DNA of 64,000 nucleotides from NCBI GenBank assembly GCA_965246885.1, contig OZ251992.1:2624001-2688000 (forward strand). The letters are read 5' to 3'. The position numbers and the translations under genes are program-made. Below are positions 27,231-36,253 of this stretch, in pieces. Numbering within the stretch: position 1 is the stretch's first letter; every line of letters begins with the position of its first letter. The stretch comes from Abditibacterium sp. GTDB taxonomy: Bacteria; Armatimonadota; Abditibacteriia; Abditibacteriales; Abditibacteriaceae. Under the pieces are notes generated by a model. The model made no database searches. It was not told where the DNA came from and saw nothing but the letters and a program-made list of their open reading frames with translations.

Positions 27231-27501
27231 GTTCGACTTCCTTGTGCGACAGGCCCAAATCGGCCATCACTTGCTCTGTCGTCAAGCGTTGAGACGGGTC
27301 TGATGTCGCCAGCACCTCCAATCCCACGCGCAGGTCTTCTTCATCCTCGACGCGCTCAATGGCGCGGCGGCGCAGATACTCGTCGGCGATGGACGCGAAC
27401 AAGTCGTCGAGCGATTGGCCGCTTTCGCGGGCTTCTTGCTCTAATTGCGATTCGACTTCGGGGCGCAGTTGAACAGTCATAGCTTCAGTTTGAGCCGTCA
27501 C
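27220..27501 (-). CDS. Cognate antitoxin (RHH-like N-terminus, acidic C-terminus)
   Basis: Immediately upstream of and overlapping the toxin; MTVQLRPEVESQLEQEA...EDEEDL. Confidence 0.8.
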   Translation of the reverse strand: MTAQTEAMTVQLRPEVESQLEQEARESGQSLDDLFASIADEYLRRRAIERVEDEEDLRVGLEVLATSDPSQRLTTEQVMADLGLSHKEVEHAR

Positions 27502-28448
27502 GGGTCACTGGTGAGCGGGCGCGGCGTGAGGACGCCGATGGTGGGGTCGAGCAAGTGGAGCAGCACGGCTTTTTGGGCGTGCAAACGGTTCTCGGCTTGG
27601 GTGAAGATTTCCGCCGCGTGCTTCTCGAAGGTTTCGGCGGAGATTTCCTCGCCGCGATGGGCGGGCAAACAATGAAGCACCAAGGCGTCCGGCTTGGCGA
27701 GCGCCATCAGTTGCTCGTTGATTTGAAAGGGCGGAAAAACGGCCAAGCGGCGCGCGGCCTCGGCTTCTTGGCCCATCGAAGTCCAGACGTCGGTATACAC
27801 GCAGTCCGCGCCGCGCACGGCGAGTTTCGCGTCGTCGAAGAGTTCGACTTCGCCGTCTCGCCGCGCAGCTTCGACGAAGCGGGCGTCGGGCGCGTAGCCA
27901 ACAGGCGTGGCGCACGTGAAGCGGACGCCGACTTTGGCGCATAACAGCATGAGGGAATGGCACACGTTGTTGCCGTCGCCGACATACGCGAGGGTGCGCC
28001 CCGTCCAGCCTTTGCACTCGCACAGCGTTTGCAAATCGGCGAGGGCTTGGCAGGGATGCTCCTCGTCGCACAGCCCGTTGACGACGGGTTTGCCCGCCCA
28101 GCGCGCCAGTTCCACGACGGTTTCATGTTTGAAGACGCGCGCCACGATGCCGTCGCACATCCCGCCGAGCACCCGCGCGATGTCCTGAATCGCCTCGCGC
28201 TTACCCAAGCCGATGTCGGAGGGCGCCAGATTCACCGCGTGCGCCCCGCAATGCGCGAGGGCCGTCTCGAACGAAACCCGCGTGCGCAGCGACGGCTTCT
28301 CGAACACCATTGCGACTGTCTGCCCGCGTAGCAGTTGGAACTGCGCGCGCGGGTTTTCGAGCCGCTCGCGCTTGAGCCGCGCGGCCTCCGCCAACAAAAA
28401 CAGCGCATCATCGCGCGACAGGTCGCTAATCGAAAGCAGGTGATTCAT
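27498..28448 (-). CDS. argF: Ornithine carbamoyltransferase
   Basis: FEKPSLRTRVSFE, HPCQALAD, YTDVWTSMG, HCLPAHRGEE, AENRLH. Confidence 0.96.
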   Translation of the reverse strand: MNHLLSISDLSRDDALFLLAEAARLKRERLENPRAQFQLLRGQTVAMVFEKPSLRTRVSFETALAHCGAHAVNLAPSDIGLGKREAIQDIARVLGGMCDGIVARVFKHETVVELARWAGKPVVNGLCDEEHPCQALADLQTLCECKGWTGRTLAYVGDGNNVCHSLMLLCAKVGVRFTCATPVGYAPDARFVEAARRDGEVELFDDAKLAVRGADCVYTDVWTSMGQEAEAARRLAVFPPFQINEQLMALAKPDALVLHCLPAHRGEEISAETFEKHAAEIFTQAENRLHAQKAVLLHLLDPTIGVLTPRPLTSDP

Positions 28449-28537
28449 CGCGGGCGACAGTTTGCCCAAGCCGCGCCCTTAGCGTTCGGAGTCACAAGGC
28501 CAGCGAGAAGCGCCGTTTCCCATCAGAAATCGCTCGA

Positions 28538-28726
28538 TAGCTCACCGAAACAGGCCAAGAGAAGACCGTGACACGCCGCGAGACGACCGAATCATGCCAA
28601 TAGATAATAGCAACACGCCGCGAGAAGACCGAATCATGCCAAGAGACGACCGCGACACGCCAATAGATAATAGCAACATGCCACGAGAAGACCGAAACAG
28701 GCCGCGAGACGACTGAATCATCGGAC
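28538..28726. repeat. 21-bp tandem array (9 units)
   Basis: GAGAAGACCGAATCATGCCAA and TAGATAATAGCAACACGCCGC variants at exact 21-bp steps. Confidence 0.92.
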
Positions 28727-28812
28727 TCCACGCTCGAAGTGCGCCCGCGAGGGCGTTTTTCAGCCCCAAACTCATCGTGACGCGAGAATGCCACAGTTGG
28801 TAGAGGCTGATA

Positions 28813-29667
28813 ACCAGTGGTGCGGGTTTGCGGTGAGGCCACAGGTCAGCGTAATCTTGATGGTGACCAAACCTCAAGGAGCGACCTGTGACCCTTCAAG
28901 ATTTTACCGTGTCTCTGTTTTGCCGTGTGGACGACGCCTTGGCTGCCCTCAAACACCCCTTAGCCCATCTTCATCCCAGCGAAGTGGTGACCTTGGGCCT
29001 GCTTCACGCTTTGAAGGGCGGGGGCAATCGCGCCTTTTATCGCTGGGCTAAACGCGAGTTGAAGGAGCTTTTCCCCCGCTTGCCAGAGCGCACGCGCTTG
29101 TTCCGCTTGTTCGAGCAACACGCAGAGCAAACCCAGCATTTTCTCGCCGACCCCACCTTGTTTGGCGTGTGCGACAGCTTAGGTATCGAACTGTTGCACC
29201 CGCGCCGCCAAGGACGTAGCCCCCGCCAGATCGGGCGCAAGACCCTCTCCAACCACCGATGGATCGTGGGCGCCAAGTTCGTTGTGCTTTGCAACAGCCA
29301 AGGTCAGATCGTGAGGTGGCTTTGTGCCGGTGCCGCGTGCCATGACAGCGCCTTCCACGCGATGATTGACCGCGTGCGCGAGGAGATGATCGTGTTGAGC
29401 GACCAAGGCTTTCACGCCCACGAAGGCGACCCGGACAACTTGCTGGTGTGCAAGCGCGGCAAGTGGAACGAGCGGATGCTCATTGAGACCATCTTCTCGC
29501 TCTTCACCCGGGTGCTTGGACTCAAGAGGATGAGCAACCGCACATGGCCCGCCCTACGTGCGCGCCTCGCCTATGTGGTCGCCGCCTTCAACATCTGCAT
29601 CAACTGGACGGGCAAAGTCAAACTCCAACTTGCCGACTTCGCCCTCTGAACTACCCGCACCACTGGT
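28813..29667 (+). mobile_element. IS982-family insertion sequence, 855 bp
   Basis: Perfect 15-bp TIRs ACCAGTGGTGCGGGT (28813-28827) and ACCCGCACCACTGGT (29653-29667); TGATA duplication at 28808-28812 and 29668-29672; 5'-AC ends. Confidence 0.9.
28888..29649 (+). CDS. IS982-family DDE transposase
   Basis: FCRVDD, SEVVT, VCDS, LSDQGF, RMLIETIFS. Confidence 0.85.
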   Translation: MTLQDFTVSLFCRVDDALAALKHPLAHLHPSEVVTLGLLHALKGGGNRAFYRWAKRELKELFPRLPERTRLFRLFEQHAEQTQHFLADPTLFGVCDSLGIELLHPRRQGRSPRQIGRKTLSNHRWIVGAKFVVLCNSQGQIVRWLCAGAACHDSAFHAMIDRVREEMIVLSDQGFHAHEGDPDNLLVCKRGKWNERMLIETIFSLFTRVLGLKRMSNRTWPALRARLAYVVAAFNICINWTGKVKLQLADFAL

Positions 29668-29709
29668 TGATAAACTGCGGCGAAATCTGGCGCGTGTTGC
29701 GGAAACCTT

Positions 29710-31314
29710 ATGGGATCACTTTATCTGAATAGATTATCTTCTGATGAGCGCACTTCTCTAATTGGGAGGTTGCATTCTGCCCAAGGCGGTAAATGCTTCA
29801 TTTGCGAAGCGCCAATTGATTTAGCCGTTCATAAAGATGCGATTGACATTGATCATGTTATCCCGACCAAGTTGGGTGGTAAAGATGACCCCATCAATTT
29901 TGCTTTAACTCATGCCAGTTGCAACAGATCAAAGCAGGCTTCCAACCTCATTGTTGCTCGTGTCCTCCAACGTTTTTCCTCAATCAAAAGCTCTATTGCA
30001 TCCGAAAATCGAGGCCCTAACTTAGATGACGTTTTGAGGTATCATGGCGGCTCCAAACATGAGATTCGATTTGTGCGGGAGCAAAATAAAGTCAAATTTG
30101 CGCTGCCGGAAATCGGTCGTGAAGAGATCATAGAACTCGATATTTATAAAGATGAGTTAAGCGACTTTGAGTATGTTTTTGCCAATCTGCCCATTACTCA
30201 TATTTTTCACGATGAGAAAATAAATCCGCGCTCCATCGGACAAAACATCTCTAAAATGGTTGAAGAATTTTATTTGAAGCGCCCACAACTTCATTTGGCA
30301 CTGGGATGGATTGAGATTGACAGTGAGATTAAAACTAAGGTTCGCATCTTTGATGGACAACATAAGGCTGCTGCTCAGGTTCTATTAGGAATCAAAGAAA
30401 TACCGGTTCGCATATTTCTTAACCCCGATGCAGAAGTTTTGTTGGCGACTAACACTCGCGCCGGAACAACTCTGAGTCAAGTTGCCTTCGACAAATCGGT
30501 TCAAAGACATTTAGGTAGCGCCCTATACGTTGATCGCGTAGAGCGTTATCAGAGAGACCTCGGTTTGCCAGAAGATGACTATAGTTTTTCGGAGCAGGAC
30601 TTAGTGAGGCACTTCAAGGGCGAATCGCGCGAGATGAAACGATATATTTTGGACGCGGTTCGTGACACAATCACCCACCACCCGGATAACAAACTCAAAG
30701 ACTACATGGATTTTGGCGGTCGAGGAAAAGAAAAGCCACTGTCATACAGCACTATTGAGAAAACATTCTATTCGTTCTTCATCTACCAAGATGTCTTGGA
30801 AACATCGTTGGATTTTCAAATGGAAGAAGGCGAGAATCCGCGAGAACTTGAAAAACGACAAATTCTGGGATTGATGAACATTATTGCCGAGGAAGTCTTC
30901 GTTGGTAAATTTGATAGCGACATCGGCACTAATCGAGTTGAGAATAGAATTCAGGGAGGCGAGAACCTGCCGCTGGAACATATCCGCGCGTTCCGATTGA
31001 GCAAAGAAGAGATTCTATATAATTGGCTTGGTTATGTAGATCAAATTATTCAGAACTACTTCATCATGCAAGGTGTTCTTATCCAAAAGGAGAAGCTGTT
31101 CCAATACAGTTTCCCTGAGCCTTTATGGGAAAGAATTCGCACGTTCACCAAAAACATGAGCAATTTGCCCGTGTGGATTAATAAAGACCTTTCATCTACA
31201 GTGTTTGGAGGGAAGCAGAATTATAAATACTGGCAGGGCATTTTCGAGAAGGGAAAAACCCAACAAGGATTACAGGTTTTGGCCGAACCAATAAACCTGA
31301 TGAAGATGATCTAA
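29710..31314 (+). CDS. HNH endonuclease fused to a DGQH-motif (ParB/DndB-like) domain; candidate defence protein
   Basis: CFIC...IDHVIP...GG...[24 protein letters not shown]; visibly AT-richer than flanks. Confidence 0.8.
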   Translation: MGSLYLNRLSSDERTSLIGRLHSAQGGKCFICEAPIDLAVHKDAIDIDHVIPTKLGGKDDPINFALTHASCNRSKQASNLIVARVLQRFSSIKSSIASENRGPNLDDVLRYHGGSKHEIRFVREQNKVKFALPEIGREEIIELDIYKDELSDFEYVFANLPITHIFHDEKINPRSIGQNISKMVEEFYLKRPQLHLALGWIEIDSEIKTKVRIFDGQHKAAAQVLLGIKEIPVRIFLNPDAEVLLATNTRAGTTLSQVAFDKSVQRHLGSALYVDRVERYQRDLGLPEDDYSFSEQDLVRHFKGESREMKRYILDAVRDTITHHPDNKLKDYMDFGGRGKEKPLSYSTIEKTFYSFFIYQDVLETSLDFQMEEGENPRELEKRQILGLMNIIAEEVFVGKFDSDIGTNRVENRIQGGENLPLEHIRAFRLSKEEILYNWLGYVDQIIQNYFIMQGVLIQKEKLFQYSFPEPLWERIRTFTKNMSNLPVWINKDLSSTVFGGKQNYKYWQGIFEKGKTQQGLQVLAEPINLMKMI

Positions 31315-31515
31315 TTCGTGACGCAACGCCCCAAAACGACCTAACAAAGCTTTGCCCCAACCTCTTACGGCTTCGCTTGTTCCTCGCTTCTCGCTTCGGT
31401 TGTCTCTGTTCGGCGCTAAGGACTTGACTTCGTGCGTTTGGCCACTTCATCGCTTCTTCGTCTCGGAACGGCGCACTTCTATTTATTCCACCGCGCCGTC
31501 AAAGGAGCCAAAACT

Positions 31516-32322
31516 ATGAATGCAGGACAGCAGCGCCGGGTGGCGCTTTTGGGGCGGGTGAGCCAGTTCGCCCTCACGCACGCGAGCGCCTTTCCCGATG
31601 GGAGTCAGGCCAAAACCTACCTCCAAGAAGTGAACAATTGCAACTACAACGCGAGTCAATTCGGCACGCAACAAACGGCGGGCAGCAAACTGAGCAAAGC
31701 CGCCACCGCGCAAAAGAAGATGGGGACAAAGCAACTGCGCGCCAACCTCGCGCAACTGGTCGGAACGGCCAAGCAAGCCTTCAAAGGACAGCCGCAAATC
31801 GCCAATCAGTTTCGGATGCCGCGCGGCGGAACACCCAAACTGTTCAACGCGGCGAACGCGCTTGTGGCGCTTTGCACGAAATACAAAGCGCAACTCGTCG
31901 CCTACAACCTGCCCGCCGACATGGAAGGGCGCATTGGCGGCAACATCTACGCGATGCAAAGCGCGATGAACACGCAAAGCGCGGGCGGCCAAAGTCGTTC
32001 GGGCGGCACGAAGACGCTCGAAATGTGTCTGCGAAAGGGCCTGTCGAGCGTGCGCTCGCTCGACCCCATCGTGAAGAACTTCTTCGCGGGCCAAACCGAC
32101 GTTTTAGCGCAGTGGGCCACCGCCTCGCGCCTTCAAGCCGCGCCCAAACGCAAGCCCAAACCCATCCCGCCCACGCCCGTGTTCACGATGCTCCCCACCG
32201 CACTCCAACCCGAACCCGCGCGCGTCGAAGCGCCCCGCGCCGCGCCGTCTCTGGTTGACCACACCCCGCTCATCCTCGGCGCCAACGGCGTCGCGCTGAA
32301 TGGCGTGAATGGGCATAGGTAG
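31516..32322 (+). CDS. Hypothetical basic alpha-helical protein
   Basis: AAGGAG RBS then MNAGQQRRVALLGRVSQF; host-like codon usage; Pro-rich tail. Confidence 0.75.
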   Translation: MNAGQQRRVALLGRVSQFALTHASAFPDGSQAKTYLQEVNNCNYNASQFGTQQTAGSKLSKAATAQKKMGTKQLRANLAQLVGTAKQAFKGQPQIANQFRMPRGGTPKLFNAANALVALCTKYKAQLVAYNLPADMEGRIGGNIYAMQSAMNTQSAGGQSRSGGTKTLEMCLRKGLSSVRSLDPIVKNFFAGQTDVLAQWATASRLQAAPKRKPKPIPPTPVFTMLPTALQPEPARVEAPRAAPSLVDHTPLILGANGVALNGVNGHR

Positions 32323-32333
32323 AAGGGCCATTA

Positions 32334-32379
32334 CCAAACCACCCCCGGCCCCCTCCTTGGGGGGCCGGGGGTGGTTTGG
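32334..32379. terminator. GC-rich 20-bp-stem hairpin between convergent genes
   Basis: CCAAACCACCCCCGGCCCCC-TCCTTG-GGGGGCCGGGGGTGGTTTGG; no clear U-tract. Confidence 0.55.
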
Positions 32380-32408
32380 GTAGTGTCGGCTTCGACGGAC
32401 GTAGATAC

Positions 32409-33287
32409 TCAGTTGAACGCGGGCAGTAGATTCGACGTGGCCCACTCGCGCAGTGTGGTGGGTGTGGTCGTCGCGGGCGTGCGCGGCTCGATGTCGTAGG
32501 CTTTGAGCGCGTCTTTGGTCAGGAGGCGCGAGTAAGCCTGTGCGAAACCGTCCGTCGTTCCAGCGCGCTTAAGGTTTTCAATGACCACTTGCGGGGGCAC
32601 TTCGACGTAGTTAATGGGCTTGCCCAAAACCTCGGTCAATATCCCCGCCATCTCGTTGAATGAGACGTGTGCTGGGCCGTGAACGCCCACGCCCTGTTGG
32701 TCGCGCCACGAACGGTCTGTCAGGTATTCCACCGCTTTGAGGGCGACATCGGGAGTGCAAACCATCGGCAACGGCACGTCGCTCGGCGCCGCCTGAAATA
32801 CCGCTCCGGGCACTTTGAGAGTAGGCAACGCTTGCATTAGGTTCTCCATGAAGAAGGACGCACGGAGGTGCCGCGCGGGAACTCCGGCGGCATTGAGAGT
32901 GTCCTCGGCGGCGGCAAACGCGGAGACAATGCCGTTGTCCTCGTAGCCGTGCCGTCCGGCAGAAGCAAAGACAAGGCGCGTGTCCGAGCCGCGCAGGGCA
33001 TCGGCGGCGGCGCGCGCAAAACGGTCGTGATATTCGTGCGCGTCCTCCCACGTGTTCCCTTTGCTGGTTTGCGGGATGCAAAAGAAAACTGACTCCGCGC
33101 CCGCGAAGCCGCGTTTGAGCGTTTCCACGTCGTCAAGCGAACCGGCGACCACTTCGCAGTTGTCTCGAACCGCTTGGGGCAGTTTGTCGGGGTTATATGA
33201 GATAACCCGCACCGTTTCGCCGCGCTCCAAGAGCATCCTCAGGACGTGTTGTCCAACTCTTCCGTTGGGTGTTGTGACTGTAATCAT
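32409..33287 (-). CDS. NmrA-like NAD(P)-binding protein
   Basis: ITVTTPNGRVG Rossmann start; LRASFFMEN; DVA...GP. Confidence 0.88.
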   Translation of the reverse strand: MITVTTPNGRVGQHVLRMLLERGETVRVISYNPDKLPQAVRDNCEVVAGSLDDVETLKRGFAGAESVFFCIPQTSKGNTWEDAHEYHDRFARAAADALRGSDTRLVFASAGRHGYEDNGIVSAFAAAEDTLNAAGVPARHLRASFFMENLMQALPTLKVPGAVFQAAPSDVPLPMVCTPDVALKAVEYLTDRSWRDQQGVGVHGPAHVSFNEMAGILTEVLGKPINYVEVPPQVVIENLKRAGTTDGFAQAYSRLLTKDALKAYDIEPRTPATTTPTTLREWATSNLLPAFN

Positions 33288-33390
33288 GTGTTGTTCCTCG
33301 CGGGCAATAGCCGCTTTTCGCTCGATCTCATCAAGGCTGGATAAAGAGGTCGCAAGCGAAAGGACTCTTCATCCTGCGGTTGACTGTTTG

Positions 33391-33411
33391 TCTATTATAA
33401 ATAATAATAGA
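33391..33411. promoter_or_regulatory. Palindromic putative PadR operator
   Basis: TCTATTAT-AAATA-ATAATAGA between divergent nmrA-like and padR genes. Confidence 0.55.
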
Positions 33412-33437
33412 GGCCGTGTCAAATACACTTGTTTTTT

Positions 33438-34010
33438 ATGGCGACTGCCTCAGTTATCACTCCTCCCGACCTCGTGGTTCTAGCTCTGCTCGTTGAAGGG
33501 CCACGACATGGTTATGAATTGATCACAGAACTCGACCGGCGGGAAATGAGCGACTGGGTGAGCATCTCGGCGCCTCAGGTTTATTACTCGTTGCGTAAGC
33601 TCGCGGGGCGCGGTCTGATTGTCTTGGTGCCAAGCGAAGGCAGCAGTGGCCCGGAACGTCAATCCTATGCCATCACTTCCGAGGGTCAAGTTGAAATGGC
33701 GACTGCGCTGGGGCGAGAAGCGTGGGCAACCGAACGCCCTCACCAGCCATTTGTAATCTGGTTGGCGATGGCCAGACATACGGATGGGATCACACGCGCC
33801 CGGATTATCGTGGCTCGCCTCAACTTCGTGAACGCCACAATCGAGCGCGAACGCGACACTTTGGAGAGATTTGGGGTGCAGCCCGGCCCTGTGATCGAGG
33901 AAGCGCGTCTCATGATCGAACTCACCATCGCCCAGTTCGAGTGCGAACGGGTTTGGCTGGAAAAGGTCGCACGTTTGCTTGTCTCAGACCACAGCACAGC
34001 AACGCAGTGA
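33438..34010 (+). CDS. PadR family transcriptional regulator
   Basis: VLALLVEGPRHGYEL...QVYYSLRKL...RQSYAITSEG. Confidence 0.9.
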   Translation: MATASVITPPDLVVLALLVEGPRHGYELITELDRREMSDWVSISAPQVYYSLRKLAGRGLIVLVPSEGSSGPERQSYAITSEGQVEMATALGREAWATERPHQPFVIWLAMARHTDGITRARIIVARLNFVNATIERERDTLERFGVQPGPVIEEARLMIELTIAQFECERVWLEKVARLLVSDHSTATQ

Positions 34011-34081
34011 CTTGGAACGCAGTAACTAAACACGCTCTGTAACTCGACTTCAATGAGTTGCTTTGCCGCTTTCGCGGCCCC

Positions 34082-34110
34082 TTGCACACCACTCTATTCT
34101 TATTCATAAT
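34082..34110 (+). promoter_or_regulatory. Possible sigma70 promoter of the methyltransferase gene
   Basis: TTGCAC-17 bp-CATAAT. Confidence 0.45.
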
Positions 34111-34181
34111 AGCCAGTTGGTTTCGTTGAGGATGGAAGGAGACGACGGTTGAACCAAAAAAAGTATGATTAAGGAAATACT

Positions 34182-34910
34182 ATGAAATCCAACACGCCCC
34201 AATATGGCTTCGACGCCCCCGGCGTTATCGCCGGACTGCTCGGAACGGGCGCCGCGTGCCTCGCTTTCGCCCGTTTGCTCCCCCAGATTCGCGTCGGAAA
34301 AGTCGCGCTTCCCATCCGCCCAACTTTGGCGCTCGTCGGTGCGGGCGCGTCGTTTTTCGGAACGCTGATGACGATTTACGGCGTGCGCGGCAAATATCGC
34401 ATGAGGGAGCGGATGCTTGGCATGGTCGAATGGCGCGGCGACGAGCAGGTTTTGGATATTGGCACAGGACGCGGCTTTCTGTTGAACGGCGCGGCGAAAC
34501 ACCTGACGGCGGGCCACGCGATTGGCATTGACATCTGGCGCCAAGAGGATTTATCGGGCAACACCCTCGAAAACGCGCTCCAAAACGCTCGACTGGAAGG
34601 CGTCGCGGACAAAATCGAGATCAAAAATGAAGACGCGCGAAAGATGAGCTTCCCCGACGCCTCGTTCGATGTTGTGCTGTCGCTTCTGTGCATCCATAAC
34701 ATCGAGGACAAAGCCGAACAAGCCGCCGCCTGCCGCGAAATCGCCCGCGTTCTCAAACCCGGCGGCAAGGCGCTCATCGCCGACTATCTGCCAACAGGCA
34801 ACTACGCCCGCGCTTTCGCCGAGACCGGGTTAACCGTCGAAAGCAACCAGACGTATTTCGCCGATGCCCTCGCGCTCATGTGGATGGTCGTTGCCTACAA
34901 GCCGTCGTAA
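34182..34910 (+). CDS. Class I SAM-dependent methyltransferase with N-terminal TM segments
   Basis: VLDIGTGRG, IGIDIW, FPDASFDVV, RVLKPGG. Confidence 0.9.
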   Translation: MKSNTPQYGFDAPGVIAGLLGTGAACLAFARLLPQIRVGKVALPIRPTLALVGAGASFFGTLMTIYGVRGKYRMRERMLGMVEWRGDEQVLDIGTGRGFLLNGAAKHLTAGHAIGIDIWRQEDLSGNTLENALQNARLEGVADKIEIKNEDARKMSFPDASFDVVLSLLCIHNIEDKAEQAAACREIARVLKPGGKALIADYLPTGNYARAFAETGLTVESNQTYFADALALMWMVVAYKPS

Positions 34911-34932
34911 GTGGGCCAAACCCCAAACATAC

Positions 34933-36135
34933 TCACCCCATCTCGCCCCACGATTTTTCCAGCACGCTCATCGCTTCGTCCACATCGCCTTCGGAAATGA
35001 TAAGCGGGGGCAAAAAGCGCAGGATGGTGTCGCCGACGGCGTTGAGGACGAGGCCGTTTTCGAGGGCGCGGAGCATCAGATGGCGCGCGTTGGGGGTGGA
35101 CAGTTCGACGGCGAGCATCAGGCCGCGTCCGCGCACATCTACCGCGCCGATTTGGGCGCCCCAGTCGCGCAGGCGCGCTTTGAAGTAGTCGCCGACGCGG
35201 GCGGCGTTGTCCATGATGTTCTCGGATTCGAGGGCTTCGAGCGTCGCCAAGGCCGCCGCGCTCGCCAGGAAATTGCCGCCGAATGTCGTGCCGTGACTGC
35301 CGGGTTTGAGGGCGAGTGCGACTTCTTCGCGCGCTAACACGGCGCCAATCGGGACGCCGTTCGCCAAGCCTTTGGCGAGGGGAATGATGTCGGGACGAAC
35401 GTCGAACCACGAGTGCGCGAAAAACTTTCCGGTGCGCCCCATGCCGCACTGCACTTCGTCCAAGGCGAGCAGGGCGCCCGCGCTGTCGCAGATGCGGCGC
35501 GCTTCTTCGATGTATCGCCACCCAAGCGGCAACACGCCCGATTCGCCCAGAATCGTCTCGAACATCACGAGCGCCGTTCGTTCCGTCACCGCTTCGCGTA
35601 GGGCCTCGATGTCGTGGAAAGCGACGTGTTTGAAGCCAAGCGGAAGCGGGCCAAAGCCTTCCTGATACTTCGGTTGCCCCGTCGCGGCGAGGGCGCCGAG
35701 TGTCCGTCCGTGAAACGATTTCTGCAGCGTCACGATCTCGACGCGCTCGGTTTCGCCCCGGTCATAAGCGTAGCGGCGCGCGATTTTGATGGCGGCCTCG
35801 TTCGCTTCGGCGCCCGAATTACAAAACACCGCGCGCATCCCGCCCGACATCTCCGACAACTTCGCCGCCAAGCGCACCTGCGGCTCGATGTAGAAAAAGT
35901 TCGAGGTGTGCATGATCTGCGACGCTTGATGGGCAATCGCCGCCGTGACTTTCGGGTGATTGTGGCCCAGAATGACAACCGCGATGCCGCCCAGAAAGTC
36001 GAGATACGCGCGCCCGTTCGAGTCCCACATCCGCGCGCCCTCGCCCTTGACAAAAGCGTAAGGGAGCCGCGTGCCGTAGTTCTGGAAAGCGTCGTGGGCG
36101 TCTAATTGTTGAAGTTCAGATAAGAGATTGGACAT
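34933..36135 (-). CDS. argD: Acetylornithine aminotransferase
   Basis: NSGAEANEAAIK, SFHGRT, DEVQCGMGRTG, LAKGLANG; adjacent to argB. Confidence 0.93.
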   Translation of the reverse strand: MSNLLSELQQLDAHDAFQNYGTRLPYAFVKGEGARMWDSNGRAYLDFLGGIAVVILGHNHPKVTAAIAHQASQIMHTSNFFYIEPQVRLAAKLSEMSGGMRAVFCNSGAEANEAAIKIARRYAYDRGETERVEIVTLQKSFHGRTLGALAATGQPKYQEGFGPLPLGFKHVAFHDIEALREAVTERTALVMFETILGESGVLPLGWRYIEEARRICDSAGALLALDEVQCGMGRTGKFFAHSWFDVRPDIIPLAKGLANGVPIGAVLAREEVALALKPGSHGTTFGGNFLASAAALATLEALESENIMDNAARVGDYFKARLRDWGAQIGAVDVRGRGLMLAVELSTPNARHLMLRALENGLVLNAVGDTILRFLPPLIISEGDVDEAMSVLEKSWGEMG

Positions 36136-36143
36136 ATTTTTTG

Positions 36144-36242
36144 ACCGCAGATGGACGCGGATAGACGCAGATGTGGCACAGATGATTTAAGTGGTTATGA
36201 AGTATTTATATTCATCTGCGTTAATCGGCGTCCATCTGCGGT
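36144..36242. repeat. About 100-bp inverted-repeat element (CAGATGGAC family), copy 1
   Basis: ACCGCAGATGGACGCGGATAGACGCAGATG ... CATCTGCGTTAATCGGCGTCCATCTGCGGT with AT-rich loop. Confidence 0.85.
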
Positions 36243-36253
36243 TCAATGAATGG

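Noticed and set aside
21483..27501. Integron cassette array
   Set aside because: Genes overlap or abut, no attC-like sites recognised and no integrase present
31320..31500. Another 21-bp array upstream of the hypothetical gene
   Set aside because: GCTTCG recurs but spacing is not 21 and no consistent units align
34110..34181. Riboswitch in the methyltransferase leader
   Set aside because: No convincing match to any riboswitch consensus by eye
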